DNA of 64,000 bases from a virus: the IMG/VR virus record IMGVR_UViG_3300027887_000560; one strand, given 5' to 3'. The notes beneath the pieces are model-generated. The model searched no databases and had not been told where the DNA came from. It saw nothing but the letters and a program-made list of their open reading frames with translations. Each line of letters starts with the position of its first letter. Positions within the stretch are counted from its first letter, which is position 1. Both the position numbers and the translations under genes were made by a program. Shown here in pieces: positions 17,371 through 26,632 of this stretch.

Positions 17371-18021
17371 ATGACCATCAAGGAATTCATGGAGAGGACG
17401 CATGCTACGGCCGTCGCCAAGGGGTGGTGGGAAAGGGACGAGCGAACCGGGGCGCTGAAACCTCGTAACGAGGCCGAGATGCTGGCGCTCATGCACAGCG
17501 AGATCGCGGAGGCCCTGGAAATTCACCGGATGCCGTTGCGAAAGCTCTCGGATCTCTGGATGACGGAGACGGCTGGTGGAGGATCGGTGTCCGACGAGGA
17601 GCTGGCCTGGCTCGTGTCGGGCAAGCGTCCGGAGGGCACGGTCGAGAGCAAGCCGGAAGGGTTCATGGTCGAGATCGCGGATCTGATGATCCGGATCGCC
17701 GACACCTGCGAGGCTATGAAGATCCCTCTCGATGTGGTGCTGTGCAACACCGATGTTTCACGGCTGGGCTGGGGGCGCGAGAAGCTCGGAGCCAATGTGG
17801 TCGAGGCGCTCCAGCACATGAACGTGTGTCTGGTTTATGCGTACAACGGGTTGCAGAACGGTCGCGTCGAGGACACGGTGGCCGAGGCGTTCGCGGAGAT
17901 TTTCCAGACCTGTGGACAGATCGCCAGCGAGCTGGCGAATCTGTCCCTGGAGTACGTGCTCGTCTGGAAGATGCGGTACAACGATACCCGGCCCCATCGT
18001 CACGGCAACAAGAAGTGCTAG
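17371..18021 (+). CDS. MazG-like nucleoside triphosphate pyrophosphohydrolase
   Basis: LALMHSEIAEALEIHR and EGFMVEIADLMIRIADTCEAMKIPLDVVL match the all-alpha MazG/NTP-PPase helices with EExxE/D metal ligands. Confidence 0.55.
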   Translation: MTIKEFMERTHATAVAKGWWERDERTGALKPRNEAEMLALMHSEIAEALEIHRMPLRKLSDLWMTETAGGGSVSDEELAWLVSGKRPEGTVESKPEGFMVEIADLMIRIADTCEAMKIPLDVVLCNTDVSRLGWGREKLGANVVEALQHMNVCLVYAYNGLQNGRVEDTVAEAFAEIFQTCGQIASELANLSLEYVLVWKMRYNDTRPHRHGNKKC

Positions 18022-18027
18022 GTCGTC

Positions 18028-18258
18028 ATGGCCCGGATGTCGAGTTATGCCCTGGGTGACGATGCCGTGGATGGCGGTTTTCATGTTGCCTGGATCAAGA
18101 AGACGAAGGTTGGTTTGAAGCTCGTCGATGAGCGGTACGGCAAGAGGTGGAAAAGTCGTGATGATCTTCTGGGTGCCATGCAGTCGTGGATGTCGCTTCA
18201 TGCTCTGTTCATCAGGGTTGACGGCGACGTGGCGATCTTCGAGCCGAAGGACTACTAG
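18028..18258 (+). CDS. hypothetical small protein (76 aa)
   Basis: ORF between the MazG and PolB genes. Confidence 0.3.
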   Translation: MARMSSYALGDDAVDGGFHVAWIKKTKVGLKLVDERYGKRWKSRDDLLGAMQSWMSLHALFIRVDGDVAIFEPKDY

Positions 18259-18266
18259 GTTTTTGA

Positions 18267-20381
18267 ATGGCTGAATTCGGTCCCATCAACACCGATCGTA
18301 AGCTCCGGAGCTTCGGGGTGCTCGACCTTGAGTGGGTGCCCGGCGAGGTGTTGCCCATGCCGGAGAGCACGGTGCTCGAAATCGATGGCATCCAGACGCC
18401 GCTCATCATCAACCTGCCGCCGGTCAAGACGCGCACGGCTCCCTTGCAGCTCAGGCTTGCCGGGTATTACGACCAGCAGCCCGAGTGCGAGGATGAGGAC
18501 GAGCCTGTGATGGTCGAGCGCTACGAGGTTTTCAAGAGCGTGGCCGAGCTGATTGATTTCATGTTCGTGGGTGCTCATCGGGGCATGTGGTTCTTCGCGC
18601 ATGCCGGGGGCCTGTTCGACATGGAATTCGTGCTCGACGAGCTGCTCAACCAGATCAAGGAGTCACTGGCTTCCCGGCGGCAGCGTTCGCGGACGGTGTA
18701 CGATGCGGAAGGAAGGAAGTGCGAGGAGACCATCACGGCGACGGGGCCGGAGAAGGATGCGCCGACCTGGACGATCAAGGCAGCATTCTCGGGATCGTCG
18801 GCCATCATCATCCATGTCAACAAGGGGAAGAACACCTGGCACTGCGTGGACTCCTACTGGTTGTTCCGGGACAAGCTCTCGAAGATCGGCGAGAGCATCG
18901 GGATCCGGAAGCTCGACGAGGAGAAGCGCAGGACGCCCGAGGAGACCCGGAGATACTACGCCGAGACGCCGCTTGAGACGCTGATCCCTTATAACAAGGT
19001 CGATTGCGAGATCTTGTGGAAGGCCATCGCGGGCTTCGAGAAGGAGGTGCTCGGGCTCGGCGGGCAGCTCCAGCAGACCATCGCCTCGACGGCGATGAAC
19101 CTGTTTCGCCGGGCGTACCTGAAACGGACGATTCACACCTCGGAGATCTTGAATCAGATCGCCGTCAAGAGCTACTTCGCATCCCGTGTCGAGGTCTTTC
19201 AGCGACATGTCGAGGATTTCTTCATTTACGACATCAATTCGTCGTTTCCGTATTCGATGACTTTTCCGTTGCCGGCTGATCTGATCGAGATGGGGACGAC
19301 CATTCCGGAAGACGACGACGATTCGTGTATTTACCTGGCGGATGCCACCGTCGAGGTTCCCGAGATGGCGGTACCGCCATTGCCTTTCCGGACGACGGAA
19401 GACAGTCGTGTGTTTTTTCCCGTCGGCAAGTGGCGCTCCTGGTTCACATCGACCGATCTGCGGCTGGCGTTTCGCGAGGGTTGCACGATCCACAAGGTGC
19501 ACGAGTGTTACCGGTTCGAGCCGTTCGAGGATTTTGGCGAGTACGCCAGGCAGATCTACGCCATGCGCGCGGCGTCGGACAACCCGTTTCGCAAGCTGCT
19601 CTTGAAGTACCTTCTGAATTCGCTGTACGGCAAGGCGGCCGAGTCCCTGATGAAGCAGGAGATGCTCATCAACCCGAGCGAGGACGATCTGGATCGCACG
19701 CAGTTGCAGATGTTGCAGCCGGGGATCTGGTTGCGTGAGAAAGAGGTGGCCATTGCTCATCGTCACGTAGTGGTGTCTTCCGTCATCACGGCATTGTCTC
19801 GCCGACATCTCTATGACTATGCCAAGATGTGTGAAGAGCAAAAGAAACCAATCTATTACTGTGACACTGACAGCGTGGCAACGAGAGCGACATTGCCAAC
19901 CGATCCAAAGAAGCTTGGTGCCTTGAAGCTGGAAAAGAAGATGGACTGGACCGAGTTCGTGGCTCCCAAGATCTACCGGGGAGAGGGTGCCGAGTTGAAG
20001 GGCGACGGCACCTGGAAGGACGTGAAGCTGGCCAAGGCCAAGGGGTTCTCGCTCGGCAAGTTCGACAGTCCCATCGAAGCCCTGGGTAGGATCATCGACG
20101 GCCAGCAGGTGGGGGTCCAGTCGATGGTGCGCATGCGCGAGCTTTACCGCTCGACCACCGAGGAGCACGCGGAAAGCGCGCCTTACGAACGTCTCGTGAT
20201 CAAGGCGCTCACGCAACGGATGCTCTCGAAGCGGTTCTTCTATCCGGACGGGCACACGCGCGCCTGGACGACCGATGAGATCCTGTCGGGCGACTTCCAG
20301 ACCCAGGGCTTCGATTTCAGCGAGGAGTTCATGAACCAGCTCGATACCACGACGCGGGCGATGCTGGAGGCTGCGGTATGA
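18267..20381 (+). CDS. family B DNA polymerase (704 aa; size and motifs consistent with protein-primed pPolB)
   Basis: Exo I VLDLEW, Exo II HAGGLFDMEF, Exo III YNKVDCE, motif A DINSSFPYS, motif B KYLLNSLYGK, motif C YYCDTDS. Confidence 0.9.
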   Translation: MAEFGPINTDRKLRSFGVLDLEWVPGEVLPMPESTVLEIDGIQTPLIINLPPVKTRTAPLQLRLAGYYDQQPECEDEDEPVMVERYEVFKSVAELIDFMFVGAHRGMWFFAHAGGLFDMEFVLDELLNQIKESLASRRQRSRTVYDAEGRKCEETITATGPEKDAPTWTIKAAFSGSSAIIIHVNKGKNTWHCVDSYWLFRDKLSKIGESIGIRKLDEEKRRTPEETRRYYAETPLETLIPYNKVDCEILWKAIAGFEKEVLGLGGQLQQTIASTAMNLFRRAYLKRTIHTSEILNQIAVKSYFASRVEVFQRHVEDFFIYDINSSFPYSMTFPLPADLIEMGTTIPEDDDDSCIYLADATVEVPEMAVPPLPFRTTEDSRVFFPVGKWRSWFTSTDLRLAFREGCTIHKVHECYRFEPFEDFGEYARQIYAMRAASDNPFRKLLLKYLLNSLYGKAAESLMKQEMLINPSEDDLDRTQLQMLQPGIWLREKEVAIAHRHVVVSSVITALSRRHLYDYAKMCEEQKKPIYYCDTDSVATRATLPTDPKKLGALKLEKKMDWTEFVAPKIYRGEGAELKGDGTWKDVKLAKAKGFSLGKFDSPIEALGRIIDGQQVGVQSMVRMRELYRSTTEEHAESAPYERLVIKALTQRMLSKRFFYPDGHTRAWTTDEILSGDFQTQGFDFSEEFMNQLDTTTRAMLEAAV

Positions 20382-20608
20382 CGACGCGGCGGCCCTGTCG
20401 GCTCGACGAGATGATGACGGCCTACGAGCGGCTCGTGATCATGCAGACGCTCGAACGCAACCGGTGGAACCGTGGCAAGGCCGCCCAGGCGCTCGGGATC
20501 TCGCGGCGTCGGTTGCAGTACCGGATGAAAGCCTTGCACTTCGATCTGGGCGCGATCCCCAGGGATGTGCCGGGGCGGCGTCTGCGCGTCGGCAAGGAGG
20601 GTGGGTAG
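20378..20608 (+). CDS. Fis-type helix-turn-helix DNA-binding protein (76 aa)
   Basis: ERLVIMQTLERNRWNRGKAAQALGISRRRLQYRMKAL is a canonical Fis/NtrC C-terminal HTH; start overlaps the PolB stop. Confidence 0.5.
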   Translation: MTTRRPCRLDEMMTAYERLVIMQTLERNRWNRGKAAQALGISRRRLQYRMKALHFDLGAIPRDVPGRRLRVGKEGG

Positions 20609-20950
20609 ATGGTTGACCTGGCGGCGGAGCAGGGTGAGCTGCGATACGAAGTCTGGGCCGAACGACTGGAGCGCGAGTTCTCGTTGCTTCTGATCCCGTT
20701 CATGGATCCCAAGCTCACGACCGAGAAGATCCGGATCATTTCTGCCCGGATGGCCATGCTGGCGGCCAAGCGCGCCAGGCAGGCATCGGCGCTTGACGAC
20801 GACGATGAGCGCGTCGTGAAGTGTGCGAGCTGTCAGACCAAGCTGATCCAGACCGTCTCGGCATCGCTTTGCTGTGGTTGTTTGCGCAGGTTCAAGTTGA
20901 TCTCCGACGACGATCCCAGAGTCCGAGATCTTGCCGATGAAAAAAGTTGA
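20609..20950 (+). CDS. hypothetical protein (113 aa) with C-terminal Cys cluster
   Basis: KCASCQ...CCGCLRRF. Confidence 0.35.
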   Translation: MVDLAAEQGELRYEVWAERLEREFSLLLIPFMDPKLTTEKIRIISARMAMLAAKRARQASALDDDDERVVKCASCQTKLIQTVSASLCCGCLRRFKLISDDDPRVRDLADEKS

Positions 20951-21016
20951 CAGGTTGGTTCGAGAAGTTTTAGATGGTTTCGTCTTGTGGGTGAACAGGT
21001 AGAAAAAGGAGTGCTC

Positions 21017-22036
21017 ATGGCCGAGAATGCTGTTGATACGAAGCACGCATCCCTGATCGACGAGCCCGAGACGGATGCCCTGCCGCCGGTCATGAGCTTG
21101 GCGGATGACGATGCCGTTTCGCCGCCACCCCAAGCAGTGCCGGTGCCGACCGAGGACGTGGTTGCGTGCGCCAAGGCGAAGTGTGCCACCTGCTTCGGCA
21201 AAGGTAAGCTGGTTTACCATGCTCCCGGTGAAACCAAGGCGCGAGCGAAGGTTTGTCTGTGTGCGATTCGCCAGTTCGTGCGTATCCATCGTCGAGAGCT
21301 TTTCATCGACAAGTCGGGACGCTTCTACTATATCCCCGTTCCCGATGATGAGAAGCCCGAGGTGGTGAAGCAGGAGGAGGATTCTCGGGCATCGTCGTCC
21401 GAGTTATCCGATTACAATCGCGAGCGTATCCGTGGCATGTTCGCCCGGATCGCCGCGCACGAGGTCGAGCTGGCCGAACTCGACGAGCGGTATGCACGCA
21501 TGTCCGAGCCCATCGATGTCGAGCTGGTCGCCGCGAAGGATGAGCGGGCCGGCGAGGCGGCGAAGTTGCAGTCCATCGTGGACCGGCATGCGCAACTGGT
21601 GAGCGAGGTCGAGGTGTCCGATCGCAAGATCGAGGATCTGGCGGCCAGGTTGTTCGATGCCAAGCGCGAGAAGTTGAGTCTCGAAGGCAAGGTGGCCGAG
21701 GCGTTGAAGGAGATCGCGGGAGCGGAGGATGCCGCCTTGCCGGGGTTGCGCAAGCAAGCGGGTATCGAGGCCCGGCTTGCCGGTGTCGCGCGCAAGCGCC
21801 AGAAATTCCGGAAGCCCATCGAGCACAGGATCGCTTCGTTGCGCAAGCGCATCGCGCACCTGGCGGCTGTGAATTCGATACCGGACACCGTTCTCGCGGA
21901 GCTGGCGATCCCGGCGGACGATGTTCCCGATGTGGCCGATGAAGCCGCCGACGAGATCGCTGCCGAGGCGGGTGCGGAAGCCGCTGCCGAGGCTGCCGCC
22001 GAGGCTGACGCGGAAGCCGGCGAGATCACCGGGTAG
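21017..22036 (+). CDS. coiled-coil protein with Ala/Glu-repeat C-terminus
   Basis: aaaggag RBS 7 nt before the ATG (internal Met of ORF 20987..22036); long heptad-like segments; C-terminal AEAGAEAAAEAAAEADAEAG. Confidence 0.4.
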   Translation: MAENAVDTKHASLIDEPETDALPPVMSLADDDAVSPPPQAVPVPTEDVVACAKAKCATCFGKGKLVYHAPGETKARAKVCLCAIRQFVRIHRRELFIDKSGRFYYIPVPDDEKPEVVKQEEDSRASSSELSDYNRERIRGMFARIAAHEVELAELDERYARMSEPIDVELVAAKDERAGEAAKLQSIVDRHAQLVSEVEVSDRKIEDLAARLFDAKREKLSLEGKVAEALKEIAGAEDAALPGLRKQAGIEARLAGVARKRQKFRKPIEHRIASLRKRIAHLAAVNSIPDTVLAELAIPADDVPDVADEAADEIAAEAGAEAAAEAAAEADAEAGEITG

Positions 22037-22068
22037 TCCGAAACCGTGTCAGTGCCGAGAGGTACGAT

Positions 22069-22473
22069 ATGGCCAAGGTGCGTGATAGAAAAGATCGGAA
22101 GGTCGCAGATCGCCTGTATGCGCGCTGGCGAGATCATCGGGCCAGTGTCGAGGGGCGCGATAGAAAAGATCGGAAGGTCGTGGATCGCCTGTACGCGCGG
22201 GTGCTCGAAGCGTCGGATCTATCGTTGTCGTCCGTGGATCGCCTGTCGCCCGATCTCGTCGATGCTGTGGCACGACTTCTGTGGGTCGAGCGGTGGGCCA
22301 TCAAGGGCTCGAAACCGACCGATCGTGGTCTCTGGCGCAAGCAGGCCGACGAGGTCAAGGATCCCTGGCGAGCCGTGGCCAGGCGTGCCCTGTCGTTGCT
22401 GTTCGGGTTGAAGGTGTCATCGAAAACCTCGACGGCCAAGTCGCTCTGGATGACGAAGCTGGGGGTGCCATGA
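22069..22473 (+). CDS. hypothetical basic protein with duplicated 15-aa segment
   Basis: RDRKDRKVADRLYAR occurs twice. Confidence 0.4.
   Translation: MAKVRDRKDRKVADRLYARWRDHRASVEGRDRKDRKVVDRLYARVLEASDLSLSSVDRLSPDLVDAVARLLWVERWAIKGSKPTDRGLWRKQADEVKDPWRAVARRALSLLFGLKVSSKTSTAKSLWMTKLGVP
22075..22200 (+). repeat. imperfect direct repeat (about 48 bp, two copies)
   Basis: Copy 1 gcgtgatagaaaagatcggaaggtcgcagatcgcctgtatgcgcg and copy 2 gcgcgatagaaaagatcggaaggtcgtggatcgcctgtacgcgcg, about 75 bp apart, in frame inside the CDS. Confidence 0.55.
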
Positions 22474-22682
22474 GTGTCGGGGGTGATCGCATGGCGTTCT
22501 TCAATCGCCTGGGTGTGCTCAATGTGTCGGTGGCCGATGCCCTGGAGGCCCTGCGGGATCATCTCGGGCTTTCCTGGCCCGAGTTCGAGACGGCGCTCAA
22601 CCGTGGCGATGTCAAGCGGTTGCTCGACGAGCATGACGCCAAGGTGCGGTTGAACGTGCAGTTGTACGGGAGGATGCGATGA
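22470..22682 (+). CDS. hypothetical small protein (70 aa)
   Basis: ATGA overlap with the previous gene. Confidence 0.3.
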   Translation: MSVGGDRMAFFNRLGVLNVSVADALEALRDHLGLSWPEFETALNRGDVKRLLDEHDAKVRLNVQLYGRMR

Positions 22683-23335
22683 TTCGCGAGATCTCCGCCT
22701 GGCCGCTGGTCTGGCCGGTGGGCAGGCCCCGCCGCCCGGCGACCGAGCGTGAAGTGGCACGTTTCGGGCAGGAGCGAGAGCGAGGAGGCGCCGACGGTTC
22801 TCCGGTTTACCGAGCCAAGCAGCCCTTGACCATCGTGGCGGCGCTCGGCAGGCTGCGTGCCGAGCTGGGACGACGGGGCGCCGAGGACGTGGTGATCTCG
22901 ACGAACGTGCCCACGCGCCAGGATGGTTTGCCGTATTCCAGCGCGCGGGAGCCCGACGATCCTGCGGTCGCGGTCTATTTCCGGTGGAAGGGCGAGCTGC
23001 ATTGCATGCCGTGCGACAAGTGGACCAGGGTCGCCGACAACCTGGCGGCCGTGGCGGCGCATCTCGATGCCCTTCGTCGCATCGAACGCTATGCCGTCGG
23101 GGACATCGCGCAAGCCTTTGCCGGGTACAAGGCGCTGCCGGCGGCGGGAGCCAAGCGGAGCTGGTGGGAGGTACTCGGGTTCGAGAATCCTCCGTCCTAC
23201 AAGGTCGCGAAGGAGAAATCTCGCGAGCTGCTTCGCGACCTGCATCCCGATCGTGGTGGTAACCACGTCCAGGCCGCAGAGATCAACGCCGCGCTCGACG
23301 AGGCGGAGCAGTACCATGCATCGAGGAATCCATGA
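22679..23335 (+). CDS. J-domain protein (J-domain at C-terminus)
   Basis: SWWEVLGFENPPSYKVAKEKSRELLRDLHPDRGGNHVQAAEINAALDEA: J-domain helices II-III with an HPD tripeptide. Confidence 0.6.
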   Translation: MIREISAWPLVWPVGRPRRPATEREVARFGQERERGGADGSPVYRAKQPLTIVAALGRLRAELGRRGAEDVVISTNVPTRQDGLPYSSAREPDDPAVAVYFRWKGELHCMPCDKWTRVADNLAAVAAHLDALRRIERYAVGDIAQAFAGYKALPAAGAKRSWWEVLGFENPPSYKVAKEKSRELLRDLHPDRGGNHVQAAEINAALDEAEQYHASRNP

Positions 23336-23754
23336 TCGGGATCTTCTGCTACACGATCCCGTACCCGCGCTACTTGGACAAGGTCACCAGGCGCGCGTTC
23401 GAGGTCGAGAAGGTCGCCGAGGAGCCTGGGAACATCTTGCCGCCGGAGGAGCCAGGGATCTGGTCCGAGGTTCTCATGCCCAGGGGGAGCAAGCTCTTGC
23501 GCGTGGATACCGGGCACACCACGCTGGCGTTCTGGGCGGCGGTGCCGATCGGCGAGACCAGGCTTTGCACGCGCAAGTTCCTGCTGTTGATGGGCGGGGA
23601 AGCCATCGATGACGAGAAGTTTCCGACGTTGCTCTATCGGGGGACCGTACAGATCTACTACGGGGGATTCTTGTGGCACGTCTTCGAGCCCATGGATCAG
23701 GTGTTGGCCGAGGACAACGCGATTGCCACGATTCGCGTGGAGAAGACCACATGA
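23332..23754 (+). CDS. hypothetical protein (140 aa)
   Basis: ORF. Confidence 0.35.
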   Translation: MIGIFCYTIPYPRYLDKVTRRAFEVEKVAEEPGNILPPEEPGIWSEVLMPRGSKLLRVDTGHTTLAFWAAVPIGETRLCTRKFLLLMGGEAIDDEKFPTLLYRGTVQIYYGGFLWHVFEPMDQVLAEDNAIATIRVEKTT

Positions 23755-24410
23755 TGAACCAGTCGGAGCTGTGGGATACGCCGACCATGCGGTGGATGCA
23801 GACCTTCACCGGCAGGGCCATCGACATCGCGAACCCCAAGCCCGAGGACATCGATATCGAGGACATCGCCCACTCGCTCGTGCGGCTTTGCCGGTATGGC
23901 GGGCATGTGGTGACCTGGTATTCGGTGGCGGGTCATTCGCTGGCCATGGGAAGGTTCGCGGAGACCCTGGTCGATCAGGCCATGCTGGAGTGCCTTCTGC
24001 ACGACGCCGCCGAGGCGTACCTGGGCGACACCATCTCACCGGTTCGCAAGTTGCTCACCGACGAAGCCCGGCGCGCGTCGCCCGAGGAGGGAACGAACGC
24101 GGTGAGCATGCTGGAGAGATTGCACGAGCGCTGGAATTCCGTGATCGCTCGACGCTTCGGTCTGCGTGATTCCGTGGCGACCACGGTCCACATGCTCGAT
24201 CGCCTGGCGCTGGTCGCCGAGATACCGCTGGTTTTCAGCTCCCTGTCACCAGCTTTCGCTCGCAATGGTTACGCTGTCGATCTGCAAGATCCGATGGTGA
24301 TCAAGATGCAGAGTCTCGTGCTGGGTTACGTGCGAAACCGCGAGTCTCGCCCCGAGGATCTGGAATCGGAGTTCCTGGCCGCCTTCAAACGTTGGGAGAA
24401 GCGAACATGA
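23751..24410 (+). CDS. HD-domain phosphohydrolase (YfbR/5'-deoxynucleotidase-like)
   Basis: H...HD signature: VAGHSLAMG ... CLLHDAAEAYLGD. Confidence 0.6.
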   Translation: MMNQSELWDTPTMRWMQTFTGRAIDIANPKPEDIDIEDIAHSLVRLCRYGGHVVTWYSVAGHSLAMGRFAETLVDQAMLECLLHDAAEAYLGDTISPVRKLLTDEARRASPEEGTNAVSMLERLHERWNSVIARRFGLRDSVATTVHMLDRLALVAEIPLVFSSLSPAFARNGYAVDLQDPMVIKMQSLVLGYVRNRESRPEDLESEFLAAFKRWEKRT

Positions 24411-25234
24411 CGATGCTGTTTCGCGTGCTGGATATCGAGACCGTGCCCGACATGAGCGTGTTCACGCCGGGCGAGCCCAAGTGGGTGCAGAAGGTGACGG
24501 TCAATCCGGGTGCCGAGGTGCCGGTGGTGACCTGGGTGCCGGAGGAGCCTTTCCCGCCGCCGCAGGCGCACCGGGTGGTGGCGATCTCCTGGTGCGATGT
24601 CGCGATGGAGGCGCCCACGGGCCAGGATTCGCGGGTCTACAAGTTCGCTCACTGTCACACCGATGCCCGGTGGGAAACTCCCCTGGACGAGCGCAAGCTG
24701 ATTGCCGAGTTCCGGCGGGCGCAGCTCGGGGCGCCGGCCACGCTCATCACCTGGAACGGTCGCACGTTCGACCTGCCCGTGCTCGCCATGCGTGCCCTGC
24801 ATCACGGGATCCCGTGGAACTGGTACTACGACGGTCGCGGCTTGCGCTATCGGTACAGCGACGAGGGACACTGCGACCTGATGGACTACCTCGCGGATTT
24901 CGGAGCCTGTCGGCCGATGAAGCTCGGTGACGCTTGCCGGCTCGTCGGTTTGCCTGGCAAGACGGACATGGATGGTAGCAAGGTGGCCGATCTGGTTGGC
25001 GTGAGGGCACCCCATGCAACGGTTTCGGCGAACATGATGAAGGTGGCCAAGTATTGTCTCCAGGACACCTTGCAGACGGCTTTGCTGTTCGTCAGATCGC
25101 GGGTTCACCTGGGATTGCTCACCGTGGCCGGTTACCGAGAATCGGTGGAGTCGTTCAAGTGCACCGATGTCCTGGATGTCATTAGTATCGACTGGGACAA
25201 GCTTGACATCTTCACAGACAAGGAGCGTGAGTGA
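24407..25234 (+). CDS. DnaQ-like DEDDh 3'-5' exonuclease (PolB-exonuclease-related family)
   Basis: Exo I VLDIETVPD, Exo II ITWNGRTFDLPVL, Exo III HCDLMD (H-x4-D). Confidence 0.6.
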   Translation: MTMLFRVLDIETVPDMSVFTPGEPKWVQKVTVNPGAEVPVVTWVPEEPFPPPQAHRVVAISWCDVAMEAPTGQDSRVYKFAHCHTDARWETPLDERKLIAEFRRAQLGAPATLITWNGRTFDLPVLAMRALHHGIPWNWYYDGRGLRYRYSDEGHCDLMDYLADFGACRPMKLGDACRLVGLPGKTDMDGSKVADLVGVRAPHATVSANMMKVAKYCLQDTLQTALLFVRSRVHLGLLTVAGYRESVESFKCTDVLDVISIDWDKLDIFTDKERE

Positions 25235-25719
25235 TGGCGTCTTCCATCGTGCAACCGTTCAAGTACCTCGAAATCGCTGCCGGGGAGATCGGCCAGGTCG
25301 AGATCGCGGGCGAGGCAGACAATCCTCGCATCCTCGAATACTTCAAGACAACGTCATACCAGGCACAACACGACGAGGTTGCGTGGTGCGCGGCTTTCGT
25401 CAACTGGTGTCTCGTTCAATCGGGACTCAAAGGTACCAATAGTGCCAGTGCCTTTTCATTCATGAACTGGGGTATCGAGGTCAAGCCTTGTCTTGGTTGT
25501 GTCGCCGTCATTGATTACGGGAACGGCAAGGGACATGTGGGTTTTCTGGTTGGTTGGAAGGGACCGAGTTTCGTCATGCTGGGTGGCAACCAAAGCAACG
25601 CTGTCACCTATAAGCTGGTTCTTCCGCGATCTATCGCACACTGTCGCATGCCGACCGAGATCCTTCCGGAGCTAGCATCGATCACGGCGGCTTCACTCGA
25701 TTATGCAACGTCGAGATGA
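25231..25719 (+). CDS. TIGR02594-family protein (putative phage-type peptidoglycan hydrolase, NlpC/P60-CHAP-like)
   Basis: NPRILEYFKTT...DEVAWCAAFVNWCL...GHVGFLVGW...VMLGGNQSNAV matches the family pattern (NPRIveY..., WCssFVnWCL, GHVGFy.g, lGGNQsd.V) with a catalytic Cys. Confidence 0.55.
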   Translation: MMASSIVQPFKYLEIAAGEIGQVEIAGEADNPRILEYFKTTSYQAQHDEVAWCAAFVNWCLVQSGLKGTNSASAFSFMNWGIEVKPCLGCVAVIDYGNGKGHVGFLVGWKGPSFVMLGGNQSNAVTYKLVLPRSIAHCRMPTEILPELASITAASLDYATSR

Positions 25720-25786
25720 TCTATTGACAGTTGTGTCCTGGGTGGATACATAAGCTGACACGTTTCGTGGTTTCGTGGTTTCACCA

Positions 25787-26314
25787 ATGGCAAAGAAAGG
25801 GCGACACATGGGAACAAGCAAGAAGGGTAAGAAGGGAAACAAGGAAGCAAACAAGGAAGCGAACAAGGATGACGCCGGGAAGGTCAACCTGCGCACGGCG
25901 GCTCCGGCCATCAGGATCCGGGGCCAGGTCGGCAACGCCACGGAGAAGCTGGAACAGGTCTTGGGTCGGGTGACGGGTTGGCTCGACAGCAGTTCGAGCG
26001 AGGAGCTGTCCGTGGTGTCGAACCAGCTTGGCGAGGTCGTGGAGAGCCTGGGAGCGCTCGACAAGAGCCTGGCCGCGCTCGTGGAGTCGGGCTGGATGCC
26101 ACCGCGCAAGTCGTACACCGCCTCGACCAAGGAAGGCGACACGGTCTCCGTGCTGGACGAGCACCGGCACCGCTACAGCGACATCCTCAAGCCCGAGAAG
26201 CAGGTCGAGCTGAAAATCGTGAAGAAGTACCCTGGACGCGGCGGCGGTCTCGTGGCGGAGTCCAAGGACGGCACCCGGCTCATGGTGTCCACGAGTCACG
26301 TCGTTCGCTTGTAG
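25787..26314 (+). CDS. hypothetical protein with Lys-rich N-terminus
   Basis: Internal ATG of ORF 25775..26314 (the ORF begins with GTG). Confidence 0.35.
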   Translation: MAKKGRHMGTSKKGKKGNKEANKEANKDDAGKVNLRTAAPAIRIRGQVGNATEKLEQVLGRVTGWLDSSSSEELSVVSNQLGEVVESLGALDKSLAALVESGWMPPRKSYTASTKEGDTVSVLDEHRHRYSDILKPEKQVELKIVKKYPGRGGGLVAESKDGTRLMVSTSHVVRL

Positions 26315-26632
26315 AGCCCAGATCGCGGTAGCATACTTGCGGGGCCATGCCTAAACGGTCGCGAGTACGCGAGGCCAGGACCGCCGAGGAGCATCGAGCG
26401 GCGGTGGTTGATCGCTGGCATCAGATTTTCAAGCCAGTATCGCCATCGCCGGTCGATGATCCCGATCGTCCGCGAGTTCCTCGTCCATCCAGGAGGCGTG
26501 GTTCCAGTGGTCATGGTGGCCAGTATTCGCGTCCTCCGGGGTTCGGGGATTTTGATGATGATGACACTGAATGATGCGGCGACGTGCGAACTGTGGTGGA
26601 AATCGATACCGAGATAAGGATTGGAGTAGAGC

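Noticed and set aside
18663-20255. 530-aa minus-strand ORF antisense to the DNA polymerase gene
   Set aside because: It overlaps the PolB gene, whose motifs are unambiguous; the minus frame has no motifs and antisense-type composition.
22075-22200. Possible CRISPR-like or iteron array
   Set aside because: Only two imperfect copies, with a spacer that itself encodes protein in the same frame; no further repeats and no cas genes, so it is called a coding duplication.
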